From an uncultured delta proteobacterium (lineage in GTDB: Bacteria; Desulfobacterota; Binatia; HRBIN30; BPIQ01): a stretch of 64,000 nt of DNA. The notes below the pieces were generated by a model. The model searched no databases. It saw only the letters and a program-made list of their open reading frames with translations, and had not been told where the DNA came from. Location of the stretch: NCBI GenBank assembly GCA_963761335.1, contig CAVXGR010000024.1:64001-128000 (forward strand), given 5' to 3'. Positions within the stretch are counted from its first letter, which is position 1; each line of letters begins with the position of its first letter. A program made the translations under genes and the position numbers. Below, one piece after another: positions 47,501 through 55,681 of this stretch.

Positions 47501-49433
47501 CCGCGAACCCGGCGGTGACCCCGGAGGTGAAGTGCAGCCAGCCGATGCCGACGGCGATCCACGGCAGATAGGCGAAGAAGAGGACGCCCATGACCTTGCT
47601 GAGCGCGTACAGCCCCAGGCGCGGCGTCAGTGCCGGCCGCAGCAGCGCGTACATGGCCAGACCGAGCACCTCGAGGAGCAGCATGCAGAGCAGGGTCGCC
47701 AGCACCGAGGAGCGGATCCAGTCGGGTCCGCCGCCGCTGCCCAGCGCCTCGGTGGTGCCGGTGCTGGCGAGCAGCAGGTCGTTGCGCGTCAACGGCCGCG
47801 ACGGCTGACCGCGCAAAACCTTGTCGCGGATCTGCTCGCTGCTGAGGTGGCCGGTGTTCTGGAAGATGAGGATCTTCGGATGGTCGTAGACCGAGAAAGA
47901 CTCGTCGGCGAGCTCCGACGGCAGCCGGATACCGAAGAGCTGCGGAGGCGAATCGATGTCCTTGAGCAGCGTGTAGCCGAGATCGCCGGCGAAGAGCTCG
48001 TAGAAATAACGGTTGGTGAGCGGAAACTTCTGGGGGGCGCGGGTGATGGCCCCGTAGAGGCGCTTCGTCTGGAAGATGATGTAGTCGCCCGAGGCCAGCT
48101 GGTTGGCGATGTTCGAAATCTTCGCGGGCGTGTCGGGCTCGTAATAGGAGAGGGGCACGAGCCTGTAGCGCTCCGGCGGCTGCCCCGGCAGGTGAAATGG
48201 AAAGCCCTCGTCCCAATCCTGCGTGAGGATCTTGGACCCCGAGGGGATGTGGCTGTAGACCCACTGCGAGCCGGTGACCACCGAGAACGGACGCGTGTAG
48301 ATCGACATGAACGCCAGCAGATAGGCGCAGGTGCCGACCAGCACGGTCCCCAGCACCGCCCGACCCAGCCGCGATGAGCGCGCCCAGCCTCCCAGCCAGG
48401 CTGCGGCCCACAGCGCCAGGAACGGATAGATCGGCAGCAGATAGCGCGGAAACTTCACGTCGAACGAGCCGGTGACCAGGAAGAAGGGAATCACCCAGGC
48501 CAGCAGCACGATCTCGGCGGCATCGAGTCGGCGCAGCGCCCGGCCGGTGCGCAACGCCGTGCCCCATACGGCGGCGATGCCGAGCAGAGGGCCCATGCCC
48601 CAGAGCACCAGCTCGCGCAGGTCGTAGACGTACTTGGTGACGCCGATGTACTGGTTCGTGTAGGGGAACAGGCCGGCGTTGCGCACCATTCGGCTCTGCT
48701 CGAGGATGTCGCTGGTATACTGGCGGTAGTCGAGAATGGCGTAGGGCTGGCCGATGGCGAAGCCGATGGCGACGCAGACGACGGCGGCGACCCCCCAGGC
48801 GAGCGGCCGTCCGAGGCGATGCTCGGTGCGCGCCCGCGCCAGCACGGCGATGCCCAGGGGCAGGAGGATCGGCAGGGCGCTGAACTTGGTCGCCGCCGCC
48901 AGGCCGATGCACAGGCCGCCGAGCGCGTAATCGCGCGGCCGGCCGGTCTGCACGACGCGGACCATGAAGTAGAGGGCGAGGAGAACCAGGAAGGTGAGGG
49001 GGATATCGTTGGTGGCGAAATGAGAGTTCTGCACGTGCAGCACACTCATCGCCAGGAAGAGGCCCGACAGTAGGCCGATGCCCCAGCCGTAGAGTCGCGC
49101 CCCGAGCAGCACCAGCAGCAGCACCGCGCCGGCGCCCCAGAAAGCGGAGATCACCCGGCCGGTGAAGATGACGCCGTCGTAGCCGGCATACCAGCGGTTG
49201 AAGTTGCCGAGCAGCGAGCTGACTGCCTTGGTGACGTAGAAGGGGAAAGAGCCGTAGGCGAAGAAGTTCGGGTTCAGCTGCAGCGGGTGAAAGGACAGCT
49301 GGCCGATCGAGTAGGCAATGGCGCGCTCGTCGGGATGGAAGAAATGGCCCTCGTCCCAGTCGGGCCGATACACGCGCACACCCAGCGCGAAAAGCAGCAG
49401 CAGTCCCAGCAACAGGGCGCGATGGCGGGTCAC
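44598..49433 (-). CDS. 1611 aa fusion: GT-C (PMT-like) + DUF2298 (Chlor_Arch_YYY-like) + NHL beta-propeller
   Basis: FFHPDER..NPNFFAYGSFP, ADESFSVYDHP; WGEKPMDFSFLNA, HYTYFGY, TINEYP.WSFMFADLHAH, RMNTVFKFY, TGLP.VLGW..H; five to six NHL repeats. Confidence 0.88.
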   Translation of the reverse strand: MTRHRALLLGLLLLFALGVRVYRPDWDEGHFFHPDERAIAYSIGQLSFHPLQLNPNFFAYGSFPFYVTKAVSSLLGNFNRWYAGYDGVIFTGRVISAFWGAGAVLLLVLLGARLYGWGIGLLSGLFLAMSVLHVQNSHFATNDIPLTFLVLLALYFMVRVVQTGRPRDYALGGLCIGLAAATKFSALPILLPLGIAVLARARTEHRLGRPLAWGVAAVVCVAIGFAIGQPYAILDYRQYTSDILEQSRMVRNAGLFPYTNQYIGVTKYVYDLRELVLWGMGPLLGIAAVWGTALRTGRALRRLDAAEIVLLAWVIPFFLVTGSFDVKFPRYLLPIYPFLALWAAAWLGGWARSSRLGRAVLGTVLVGTCAYLLAFMSIYTRPFSVVTGSQWVYSHIPSGSKILTQDWDEGFPFHLPGQPPERYRLVPLSYYEPDTPAKISNIANQLASGDYIIFQTKRLYGAITRAPQKFPLTNRYFYELFAGDLGYTLLKDIDSPPQLFGIRLPSELADESFSVYDHPKILIFQNTGHLSSEQIRDKVLRGQPSRPLTRNDLLLASTGTTEALGSGGGPDWIRSSVLATLLCMLLLEVLGLAMYALLRPALTPRLGLYALSKVMGVLFFAYLPWIAVGIGWLHFTSGVTAGFAALLVVLGIVAYRRHTDMALPRHEIVATEAIFWLVFFFFLLIRAYNPEIYWGEKPMDFSFLNAMYRTTALPPPEPWFAGSALHYTYFGYFVVAAIGKCLGIHPALMFNLGIATIGALTAAAAFAAGASLGRRWQVGIISATLLVLVGNLAGLREFLSRHQINFDYWWATSRVIKDTINEYPVWSFMFADLHAHLMVMPFSVGFICLLIMWVQRRERVSAHVPLLAAPVLLLLMMITLGAIMVTNGWSTPTYSLLLLFLLGLHWLTSHPWEGIAGFVLSGIGRVVLPAVMVIGGAVVLYLPFFEYFHNPPTNWGWERVQFAGAYDFLTINGLFVLLLVPFFFVVWRRTQLARDRRPRAAHWIAFAAIAIVLLLTLFVDVEGLVTGLVARLNGAFVAGPFQGVPGALFVLRRPPSIRIFSLTLALLGFFIAIHRYTPSRYRYPVALAAFAFAITSGVDMVHVWDRMNTVFKFYLEAWFLFSIASAVVLADLFSGRLARRVPRFVWQLGTVALLGLGLFTTVTGVIAVINTKRVPTPRPTLNGMAYLQQRSPEELAAFDWINRNVQGIPVLLEAQGPSYQEFSRVTMNTGLPIVLGWEYHLQQRAQSTADINRRKVDVQTIYTSPDKSKVEALLRRYHVALVFVGALERRTYAGANLENFRQWTDLVTPVYENRGVTIFAVNGQFAGAIPVNTIEEIKVEGLEEAEMQEPPGRLKQPRDIDADNQGFIYVADFGNNRIQKFDKDLKPVTAWGQRGELPGEFKDPCGVAVGPDQNIYVADTWNQRVQVFDPSGKYLREWSGSFYGPRGIAVGRDGTVYVADTGNHKIVRFTAEGQKKGELGGRGDQPNNLREPIGVAVDDRGRVYVADNGHGQLKIFDTSGRLLLAFDVPGWKSEVFSEPYLAIDKDGTIWATVPLEKEVRAYSPEGKLLRTLKSPPQPPNMFVTPIGITIAPASGEMLISDLENRMVVLKR

Positions 49434-49500
49434 TCCAGAGTCTCCTCAGCCGGCGAGCCGGTCACCGTAACCAGAAACGGCCGGGCAATGCAACGCGCGC

Positions 49501-50187
49501 TCATGGCTTCCTCGCCTGCAGGATCAGACACTCTCCCCAGGCGGGAGGGAGGAAAGGGCGGGCGAGCGGCGAGAGCACCTGCAGCCCGGCCGGCACCCCG
49601 AAGAGCAGGCGCTGTACCGGGACGGGGAGGAACGACACGTACGGGGCGTCCCACATGCCGTCGCCGCGCACGGACTCGAGGCACAGCCCGCAACCCCGCA
49701 CGAGGTCCAGCCACTCGTCCCGGCGGAGAAGGCTGCAGTGGGTCGGGTCGCGATAGGCGAACCAGGCGCGGCCCTTGAGCCGGTGCCCCCAGCCGTCCGG
49801 GTTCGGCACCACGGCGAGCAGCAGTCCGCCCGGGGCGAGTCGCCGCGCCAGGCCGTCGAGAGTCGCCTCGGGCTGCGGCAGATGCTCGAGGCTGTGCAGC
49901 GCCACCACCACGTCGAGGCTGCCCTCGGGGATGGTTTGCCAGTCCTCGACGACGGCGGCGCCGGGGGCATTCTCCGCGAGGCGCCGGCGCGCATAGGGCG
50001 ACGGATCGTAGGCCAACGCCTCGAAGCGGCGCAGGCGCTTCAGCAGATGCCCCGTCCCGGAGCCGAAGTCGAGGAGGCGGCCGCCGCGCGGTCGCCGGGC
50101 GCGGATGACGCGCGCGTAGTACCACAGAGCGAGGCGATCGCGGTCGGTCTGGTGCTCGTCGTAGTAGCTCTGGTCGAAAACGGACAC
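49501..50187 (-). CDS. Class I SAM-dependent methyltransferase
   Basis: LLDFGSGTG, HSLEHL, LAPGG...VPN, DPTH. Confidence 0.88.
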   Translation of the reverse strand: MSVFDQSYYDEHQTDRDRLALWYYARVIRARRPRGGRLLDFGSGTGHLLKRLRRFEALAYDPSPYARRRLAENAPGAAVVEDWQTIPEGSLDVVVALHSLEHLPQPEATLDGLARRLAPGGLLLAVVPNPDGWGHRLKGRAWFAYRDPTHCSLLRRDEWLDLVRGCGLCLESVRGDGMWDAPYVSFLPVPVQRLLFGVPAGLQVLSPLARPFLPPAWGECLILQARKP

Positions 50188-50191
50188 GAGC

Positions 50192-51349
50192 TCAGAAGCG
50201 CACGCCGGACGACAGGCGGGCGAACAGATCCTCGTACTGCGTGATGGCGCTGCGCAGGTCGAACTGGCGCTCCAGCTCCTGGCGCGGGCGCCTGTACTGC
50301 GGGCGCTGCTGGATGACGCGCACCAGGGCGTCGGCGAGTGCCTGCGGGTCGCGCGGCGGCACCAGCTCTCCCATGCCCGTGCGCTGCACCGCCTGGCGCA
50401 CTCCCGGCAGGTCGCTGGCCACCACCGGTGTGCCCGACAGCATCGACTCCGCCTGCACCAGGCCGAACGATTCCGTGGAGTTGAGGCTGGTGACGGCGAC
50501 CACGTCGCAGAGCGAGAAGAAGCTCGGCAGCTCTTCGGGGCGGAGCAGATCGAGGAAGGTGAGACGATCGCCGTAGCGTTCGAGCAGGGGCCGCAGTCGC
50601 GCCTGATAGCCCGCCTCGCCGACGGTATCCCGATAGGCCCCGGTGAAGGCGATACCGACGTCGGGCAGCCGCTCGATCACCCGCGGCAGCGCTTCGAGCA
50701 GGTACTCGACTCCCTTCTCGGCCGAGAAGCGCGCCGCGAAGCCGATGCGGGTGTGGCCGTTGAGGCGGTAGCGCTCCGCCAGCTGCCGTGTGATCGCTGG
50801 GTCGGGGGCGGGCAGCTCGATCAGGGGCGGGATCACCTCGACCTTGGCGCGGTAGCGGCGCAGATACGGCGAGTGATCCGCATAGTCCTGGGTGGTCACC
50901 ACGATGCGGCTGGCGGCCAGGGCGGCGGCGTGGTTGAGGGGCAGCAATGCTCCCTGCACCGACCGATTGAAAGCCCCCGGGGGCAGGCGCAGGTCTCCGT
51001 GATAGGTGATCACCGCCGGCCGGCCGCTGAGTCGAGCCATGCCGGCGAGCAGCGACGCCTCGAGCTGCGGCATGTGCACGTTCACCACCTCACAGTCGCG
51101 CACCGCGCTCCAGGCGTACGCGGGGAAGAGGGGCATGACCACGCCCTTGCTGATCTTGGCGGCGATCGGTACGCGCAGGACGTCGACGCCGTCGGCGATC
51201 TCGCGCGCCGGCAGGCGCGGGTGAAAACGCGAGGTGAGCACTCGCACCCGATGGCCGCGTGCCACCAGTCCGCGCGCCAGCCTCTCGGCGTAGATCGTCA
51301 GGCCGCTGATGTGGGGCCGATAGTAGGTGAGGACGATGAGGATGCGCAT
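50192..51349 (-). CDS. GT4 (GT-B) glycosyltransferase
   Basis: MRILIVLTYYRPHISG, EKGVEYLLEA, ESFGLVQAESM..GTPVVASDLPGV. Confidence 0.92.
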   Translation of the reverse strand: MRILIVLTYYRPHISGLTIYAERLARGLVARGHRVRVLTSRFHPRLPAREIADGVDVLRVPIAAKISKGVVMPLFPAYAWSAVRDCEVVNVHMPQLEASLLAGMARLSGRPAVITYHGDLRLPPGAFNRSVQGALLPLNHAAALAASRIVVTTQDYADHSPYLRRYRAKVEVIPPLIELPAPDPAITRQLAERYRLNGHTRIGFAARFSAEKGVEYLLEALPRVIERLPDVGIAFTGAYRDTVGEAGYQARLRPLLERYGDRLTFLDLLRPEELPSFFSLCDVVAVTSLNSTESFGLVQAESMLSGTPVVASDLPGVRQAVQRTGMGELVPPRDPQALADALVRVIQQRPQYRRPRQELERQFDLRSAITQYEDLFARLSSGVRF

Positions 51350-51368
51350 CGAGTCCGCCGCGGCGCCC

Positions 51369-53495
51369 TCAGCTCCCCCGCTGGTAGATGACGGTCTTGC
51401 CGTGCTGGAAGGCGATGGGGAGCTGCGCGAACTTCTCCAGGGCTTCGGGTCGATGATCCTTGCGCTCGAGCTCGCCGACGACGATGTACTCGATGTGCAG
51501 CTCGTCGAGGAGTGGGTTGATCGCCTCCAGCGAGGGGCTGTCGTACAGGCGATCGACCTCGTGGCGGCGCTGGTCGACCGGGCCGTGGTCGGAGCGCCAC
51601 AGGCCCTCGTGGTTGCCCCAGCCGAGCACCGTCGGCAGCCCGGTATTGGCCGAGAAGCGCGCGTAGTACGAGTAGGGGTTGCCGCTGGTCTCGAGGATCA
51701 CCGGCACGCCCTTCACGTGGTCGCGCAGCCAGGCGATGGCGGCGAAGTCGTCGGGATGCTCGCGCTGCAGATAAGCGGTGCCGTCGAGCGTGCGCGGCCA
51801 GGGGCTTCCCATGCGCGTCAGGGTGAGGCCGATGGGGTAGGCGCAGGTGGCCACCAACAGGCTGCCGGTCGCCACCGCCACCACCTGCGACGCCGGCCTC
51901 CAGGCCCAGCGGCGCGTGAGCAGCACCGACAATGCCCAGGGGGCGGCGAGAGAGAGCAGCAGCCACGCCTGGAAATAGAGCTTGAAGACGGTGTTCATCC
52001 GGTACAGCTTCTCGCCGTAGGAGTCGCGCAGGAAGGCGAACTCGCAGGCGAGCAGGGCGATGCTCGCCACGATGGCGAGGTTGAGCGGTGCCCGCCACTC
52101 GTCGCTTTCGCTGCGATAATGCAGGGCGACCAGCATCACTCCGAGAATGAGCAGCAGCGGGATGACGGCGTTTCCGGCGAGCGCCGCGGCGATCACCAGG
52201 ACGACGCTGGCCGCCAGGATCAGCTGGCGCAGCTCGGCTTTGGCCCGCAGCACGGCTCGGCTCTCGACCACGGCGAGGATCACCAGCGGCAGGAGCAGGG
52301 CCGCGAAGACGATCAGGAACTCGACGATCGAGGTCTGCGCGACCTTGAATCCCGGCCCGCCTCCGGTCGGCGGTTGGAAGTTCAGGTAGAACGGCAGAAA
52401 GAGGACGATCGAGCTCACCATGACGGCCACGAACTGCACCAGCATCTGCAGGCGGGCTCGGGTGAGGAGCGGCCAGAGCGGCAGGTCGCGGCCGATCAGC
52501 AGAAAGATCAACAGGGCGCCGACCGGCAGCTCCCAGGTGCTGATCGCCAGCATCGCCCCGAAGACGAAGCTCACCAGTGCCAGCGGCACGAGGTCGCGGA
52601 AGCTGCCCAGATGGAAGTCTTCGCGGCGCGGGAAGAGCTTGCGGTCGAGAAGAATGGCGAGCAGCAGCCCGGTCACCGGCAGGACCATGAAGTGCGGATG
52701 GAGATCGCCGTGAATGGTGCTGAAGAAGGGAAACTCGTTGATGGTGTCGCCATGCGCCACGATTCGCGACGAGCGCCAGTAGTCGATGGGTGTCAGGGCG
52801 CCGTGCTCCCACACCTGCATGGCCCCGTCGAGATTGCCGAGGACGAGAGCGGCGAGGCCGGAGAGCAGGCCGAAGAAAAAGCGGCCGGTGAGGCGCAGGC
52901 CGAGGGCGCTGAACTCGCTGAAGCCCAGGCCGCCGACGGTGGCGATGCAGAGGTTGTAGGCGATGTGGCTGGGAATTCCCGAAAGGCGCACGAGATTCGC
53001 GAAGGTGAGATAGCCGAAGTAGTAGTAGTTCAGGACCTTGCCCGCCATCCACGGGTCGATGGGCGGCATCACATCGGTGCGCGTCAGGGTGTTGAGGAAG
53101 GCGAAGTCCATGTACTTCTCGGCGCCGAAGATGTCAGGCGCCAGAGAGCGCTCATAGACGAAGAAGAGGAACCCCGCCGTCCACAGCCCGTCGTGCAGGA
53201 GAATCTGGCGGCCGCCGCCCTCGCGCCACCAGGCCGCCAGCTCGCGTCGTTCCACCAGGGCGCGCCACAGCGACAGGAGGACGAGCACCCCCAGCGTCCC
53301 ATAGAGCGCCAGGTGAAACGGCAGAACGCCGGCCGAGGCGACGATCCAGGAGACGAAGGTGATCAGCAGGATGCTGAGGATCTTGGCGAATGGGTAGCCG
53401 AAGCCGGAGGCGGCGGAGAACAGGCGATAGAGGAACGGCAGAAGGAGAAGGCCCAGGGCCTCGAGGAGTGCCCACCAGATCAGGATGTGCGGCAT
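51369..53495 (-). CDS. DUF2298 / Chlor_Arch_YYY membrane protein (GT-C-like)
   Basis: GAEKYMDFAFLN, DPWMAG..LNYYYFGY, TINEFPFFS..HGDLHPH, RMNTVFKLYFQ, TGLPTVLGWGNHEGLWR; start ATG 53495. Confidence 0.88.
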   Translation of the reverse strand: MPHILIWWALLEALGLLLLPFLYRLFSAASGFGYPFAKILSILLITFVSWIVASAGVLPFHLALYGTLGVLVLLSLWRALVERRELAAWWREGGGRQILLHDGLWTAGFLFFVYERSLAPDIFGAEKYMDFAFLNTLTRTDVMPPIDPWMAGKVLNYYYFGYLTFANLVRLSGIPSHIAYNLCIATVGGLGFSEFSALGLRLTGRFFFGLLSGLAALVLGNLDGAMQVWEHGALTPIDYWRSSRIVAHGDTINEFPFFSTIHGDLHPHFMVLPVTGLLLAILLDRKLFPRREDFHLGSFRDLVPLALVSFVFGAMLAISTWELPVGALLIFLLIGRDLPLWPLLTRARLQMLVQFVAVMVSSIVLFLPFYLNFQPPTGGGPGFKVAQTSIVEFLIVFAALLLPLVILAVVESRAVLRAKAELRQLILAASVVLVIAAALAGNAVIPLLLILGVMLVALHYRSESDEWRAPLNLAIVASIALLACEFAFLRDSYGEKLYRMNTVFKLYFQAWLLLSLAAPWALSVLLTRRWAWRPASQVVAVATGSLLVATCAYPIGLTLTRMGSPWPRTLDGTAYLQREHPDDFAAIAWLRDHVKGVPVILETSGNPYSYYARFSANTGLPTVLGWGNHEGLWRSDHGPVDQRRHEVDRLYDSPSLEAINPLLDELHIEYIVVGELERKDHRPEALEKFAQLPIAFQHGKTVIYQRGS

Positions 53496-53638
53496 CGATT
53501 GGGATAGGGGGGTTTGAGCTGCGATCGACCTATACCGAAGGGCGCGGGATTGCAACGCGAGGGGCGGCGAGAGGCTCTTTTTCGGCGCCGGAGATGCGCC
53601 GCACCGGATTCACGGCGCGGTCCCCGAAAGGTGCCTGG

Positions 53639-54044
53639 CTTCGAAAATGTCTTGGGTGAAGGCCTGCCGGAGCCCCGGCGCTGGGCGTGGAGCTTATCGC
53701 CGCGGCGCTGGGCGTGGAGATTATCGCCCCGGAGGGGCGCGGGCATGTAGCCCCGGGTGTTAACCCGGGGACTGCCGTTCCGATTCCAGATCTGCGCCCC
53801 GGAGGGGCGCAGGCGTAGATGCCGCGTCAATCACCTCGATGAGCTTCCCACGCACCCAGCGGTGATCAACGGCGCACGGGCGCGACATCGACGAAACTTG
53901 CCCGCGCCCCTGGCGGGGCGCGTATGACGGAGCGCGCATTCTTCTTGCCCGCGCCCCGGGGCGCGTATGACGGAGCGCGCATTCTTCCCCGGGTTTCACC
54001 CGGGGCTACACGCCACCGCCCCTCCGGGGCGAACTTCGCCCAGG
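53639..54044 (-). mobile_element. Non-autonomous element, copy B (inverted, left end missing, two internal tandem duplications)
   Basis: Reverse complement matches copies A and C from CCTGGGC.AAGTTCGCCCCGGAGGGGCG to ATTTTCGAAG; REPs at 53747-53770 and 53987-54009. Confidence 0.8.
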
Positions 54045-54049
54045 AGGCG

Positions 54050-55105
54050 CTAGCCGATGCGCTTTCCATCGGCGCCGAACCAGTGCAGCGAGCCCACCGG
54101 GATCTGCAACCGCTCGGGAACGGCGCCGGTGGGAACGCGCGCCGCCACCGTCTGATCTCCCAGGCGACAGCGCACCACGGTGTCGCCGCCGACGATCTCG
54201 GCGGTGTCCGGCTCGACCAACACCTGCAGGCCAGAGCTGTCCGGGCGAACCGGCGTCAGGGCCTCGGGGCGGATCCCGACGACCAGGTTGGCGGCGCTGC
54301 CGAGGCGGCCGGCGACCGCGTCGGGGATCGGCAGGCGCAGCTCTCCGATGCGGGCTGCGCCCCGATCGACGCCGGCTTCCAGCAGATTCATCGGCGGGCT
54401 GCCGATGAACGAGGCCACGAAGACGGTCGCCGGCTCGGCGTAGAGCGTTTCCGGCGGCGCCACCTGCTGCACCAGGCCGTCGCGGAGAACCACAACGCGG
54501 TCGCCCAGGGTGAGCGCCTCGACCTGATCGTGGGTTACGTACAGGGTGGTTACCCGCAGCCGTCGCTGCAGGCGGCGGATGAACTGGCGGACGCTGGCGC
54601 GCAGACGGGCGTCGAGATTGGAGAGCGGCTCGTCGAGCAGGAACAGGCGCGGCTGGCGCACCAGGGCCCGTGCCAGGGCCACGCGCTGTCGCTGCCCGCC
54701 GGAGAGCGCCGCCGGCCGGCGGTCGAGCAGCGCCTCGAGCTCGAGCATGCGCCCGATGTCCGTCGCCTTCTGCTGCCGCTCCGCCGCCGTCATGCCGCGC
54801 ATGCGCAGAGGGAACTCGATGTTCTGCCGCACCGTCAGATGCGGATAGAGGGCGTAGCTCTGGAAGACCATGGCGACATCGCGCGACTGCGGCGGCAGCG
54901 CGTCGATGCGCTCGCCGTCGATGAGAATTCGACCGCCGCTCAGGCTCTCGAGCCCGGCGATCACCCGCAACAGCGTCGATTTGCCGCAGCCGGACGGGCC
55001 GAGCACGGCGATGCACTCGCCGTCGGCGACCTCGAGGGAGAAGTCGCGCAACGCCGCCACGGCTCCATAGCTCTTCGACACCCCTTCGAACTGCACCCGC
55101 GCCAC
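54050..55105 (-). CDS. Carbohydrate ABC transporter ATP-binding subunit (MalK/UgpC family)
   Basis: GPSGCGKST, VFQSYALYPH, LSGGQRQR, LLDEPLSNLD, YVTHDQ, FIGSPPMN; start reassigned to GTG 55105 (the longer ORF runs into the repeat). Confidence 0.93.
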   Translation of the reverse strand: MARVQFEGVSKSYGAVAALRDFSLEVADGECIAVLGPSGCGKSTLLRVIAGLESLSGGRILIDGERIDALPPQSRDVAMVFQSYALYPHLTVRQNIEFPLRMRGMTAAERQQKATDIGRMLELEALLDRRPAALSGGQRQRVALARALVRQPRLFLLDEPLSNLDARLRASVRQFIRRLQRRLRVTTLYVTHDQVEALTLGDRVVVLRDGLVQQVAPPETLYAEPATVFVASFIGSPPMNLLEAGVDRGAARIGELRLPIPDAVAGRLGSAANLVVGIRPEALTPVRPDSSGLQVLVEPDTAEIVGGDTVVRCRLGDQTVAARVPTGAVPERLQIPVGSLHWFGADGKRIG

Positions 55106-55169
55106 CCCGGGAACAAAGCAAATCGACGGGGAAAGACCAAGGTGCGGGGTGTTGAGGGATGGGGACAGG

Positions 55170-55592
55170 GCGTCATGAGCCTGCGGCTCACCAACAGACG
55201 ATGAAAATGAGGCTGGGGATGGGCCCCGTAGAGAGATTTGGAGGTTCTCGGCGGGGCGAAGTTCGCCCCGGAGGGGCGCGGTGGCGTGTAGCCCCGGGTG
55301 AAACCCGGGGAAAAATGCGCGCTCCGTCATAGGCGCCCCGCCAGGGGGCGCGGGCAAACTTCCGTCGATGTCGCGCCTCTACGCCGATGCTCACCGATGC
55401 GTGCGTGGGTAGCTCATCGTCGTGATTCACGCGACCGCTACGCCCGCGCCCCTCCGGGGCGCTGATCTGGGCCAATCGGAACGTGGTCCCCGGGTTAACA
55501 CCCGGGGCTACAAGCCTACGCCCCTCCGGGGCGATAAGCCTCCACCCCAACGCCGGGACTCCGCCAGACCTTCACCCAATAGATTTTCGAAG
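55170..55592 (+). mobile_element. Non-autonomous ~423 bp element, copy C, flanked by a CAGG direct repeat
   Basis: CAGG (55166-55169) - GCGTCATGAGCCTGCGGCTCA ... ATTTTCGAAG - CAGG (55593-55596); REPs at 55288-55310 and 55488-55511. Confidence 0.85.
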
Positions 55593-55660
55593 CAGGCAAC
55601 TTTTGCGCCTCAAAATCTCCTGCCGGCAACGATCTCGCTCGCAAAAGTTGCCTGTCCCCA
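55593..55660. repeat. GGGGACAGGCA-type palindromic repeat whose left arm is split by copy C
   Basis: TGGGGACAGG (55160-55169) + CAACTTTTGCG (55597-55607) is the exact reverse complement of CGCAAAAGTTGCCTGTCCCCA (55640-55660). Confidence 0.8.
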
Positions 55661-55681
55661 CCTGCCGTAGCTAGCCCAGGG

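Noticed and set aside
54050..55357. N-terminal extensions in the ORF track (ABC ATPase, TonB-like, hydrolase, folD, gcvT, gcvPB and others)
   Set aside because: They overlap neighbouring genes or repeats; family-typical N-termini and RBSs indicate downstream starts
41369..55660. CRISPR array or integron attC interpretation of the hairpin repeats
   Set aside because: No regularly spaced direct repeats with unique spacers, no cas or intI genes, and spacers are conserved between copies
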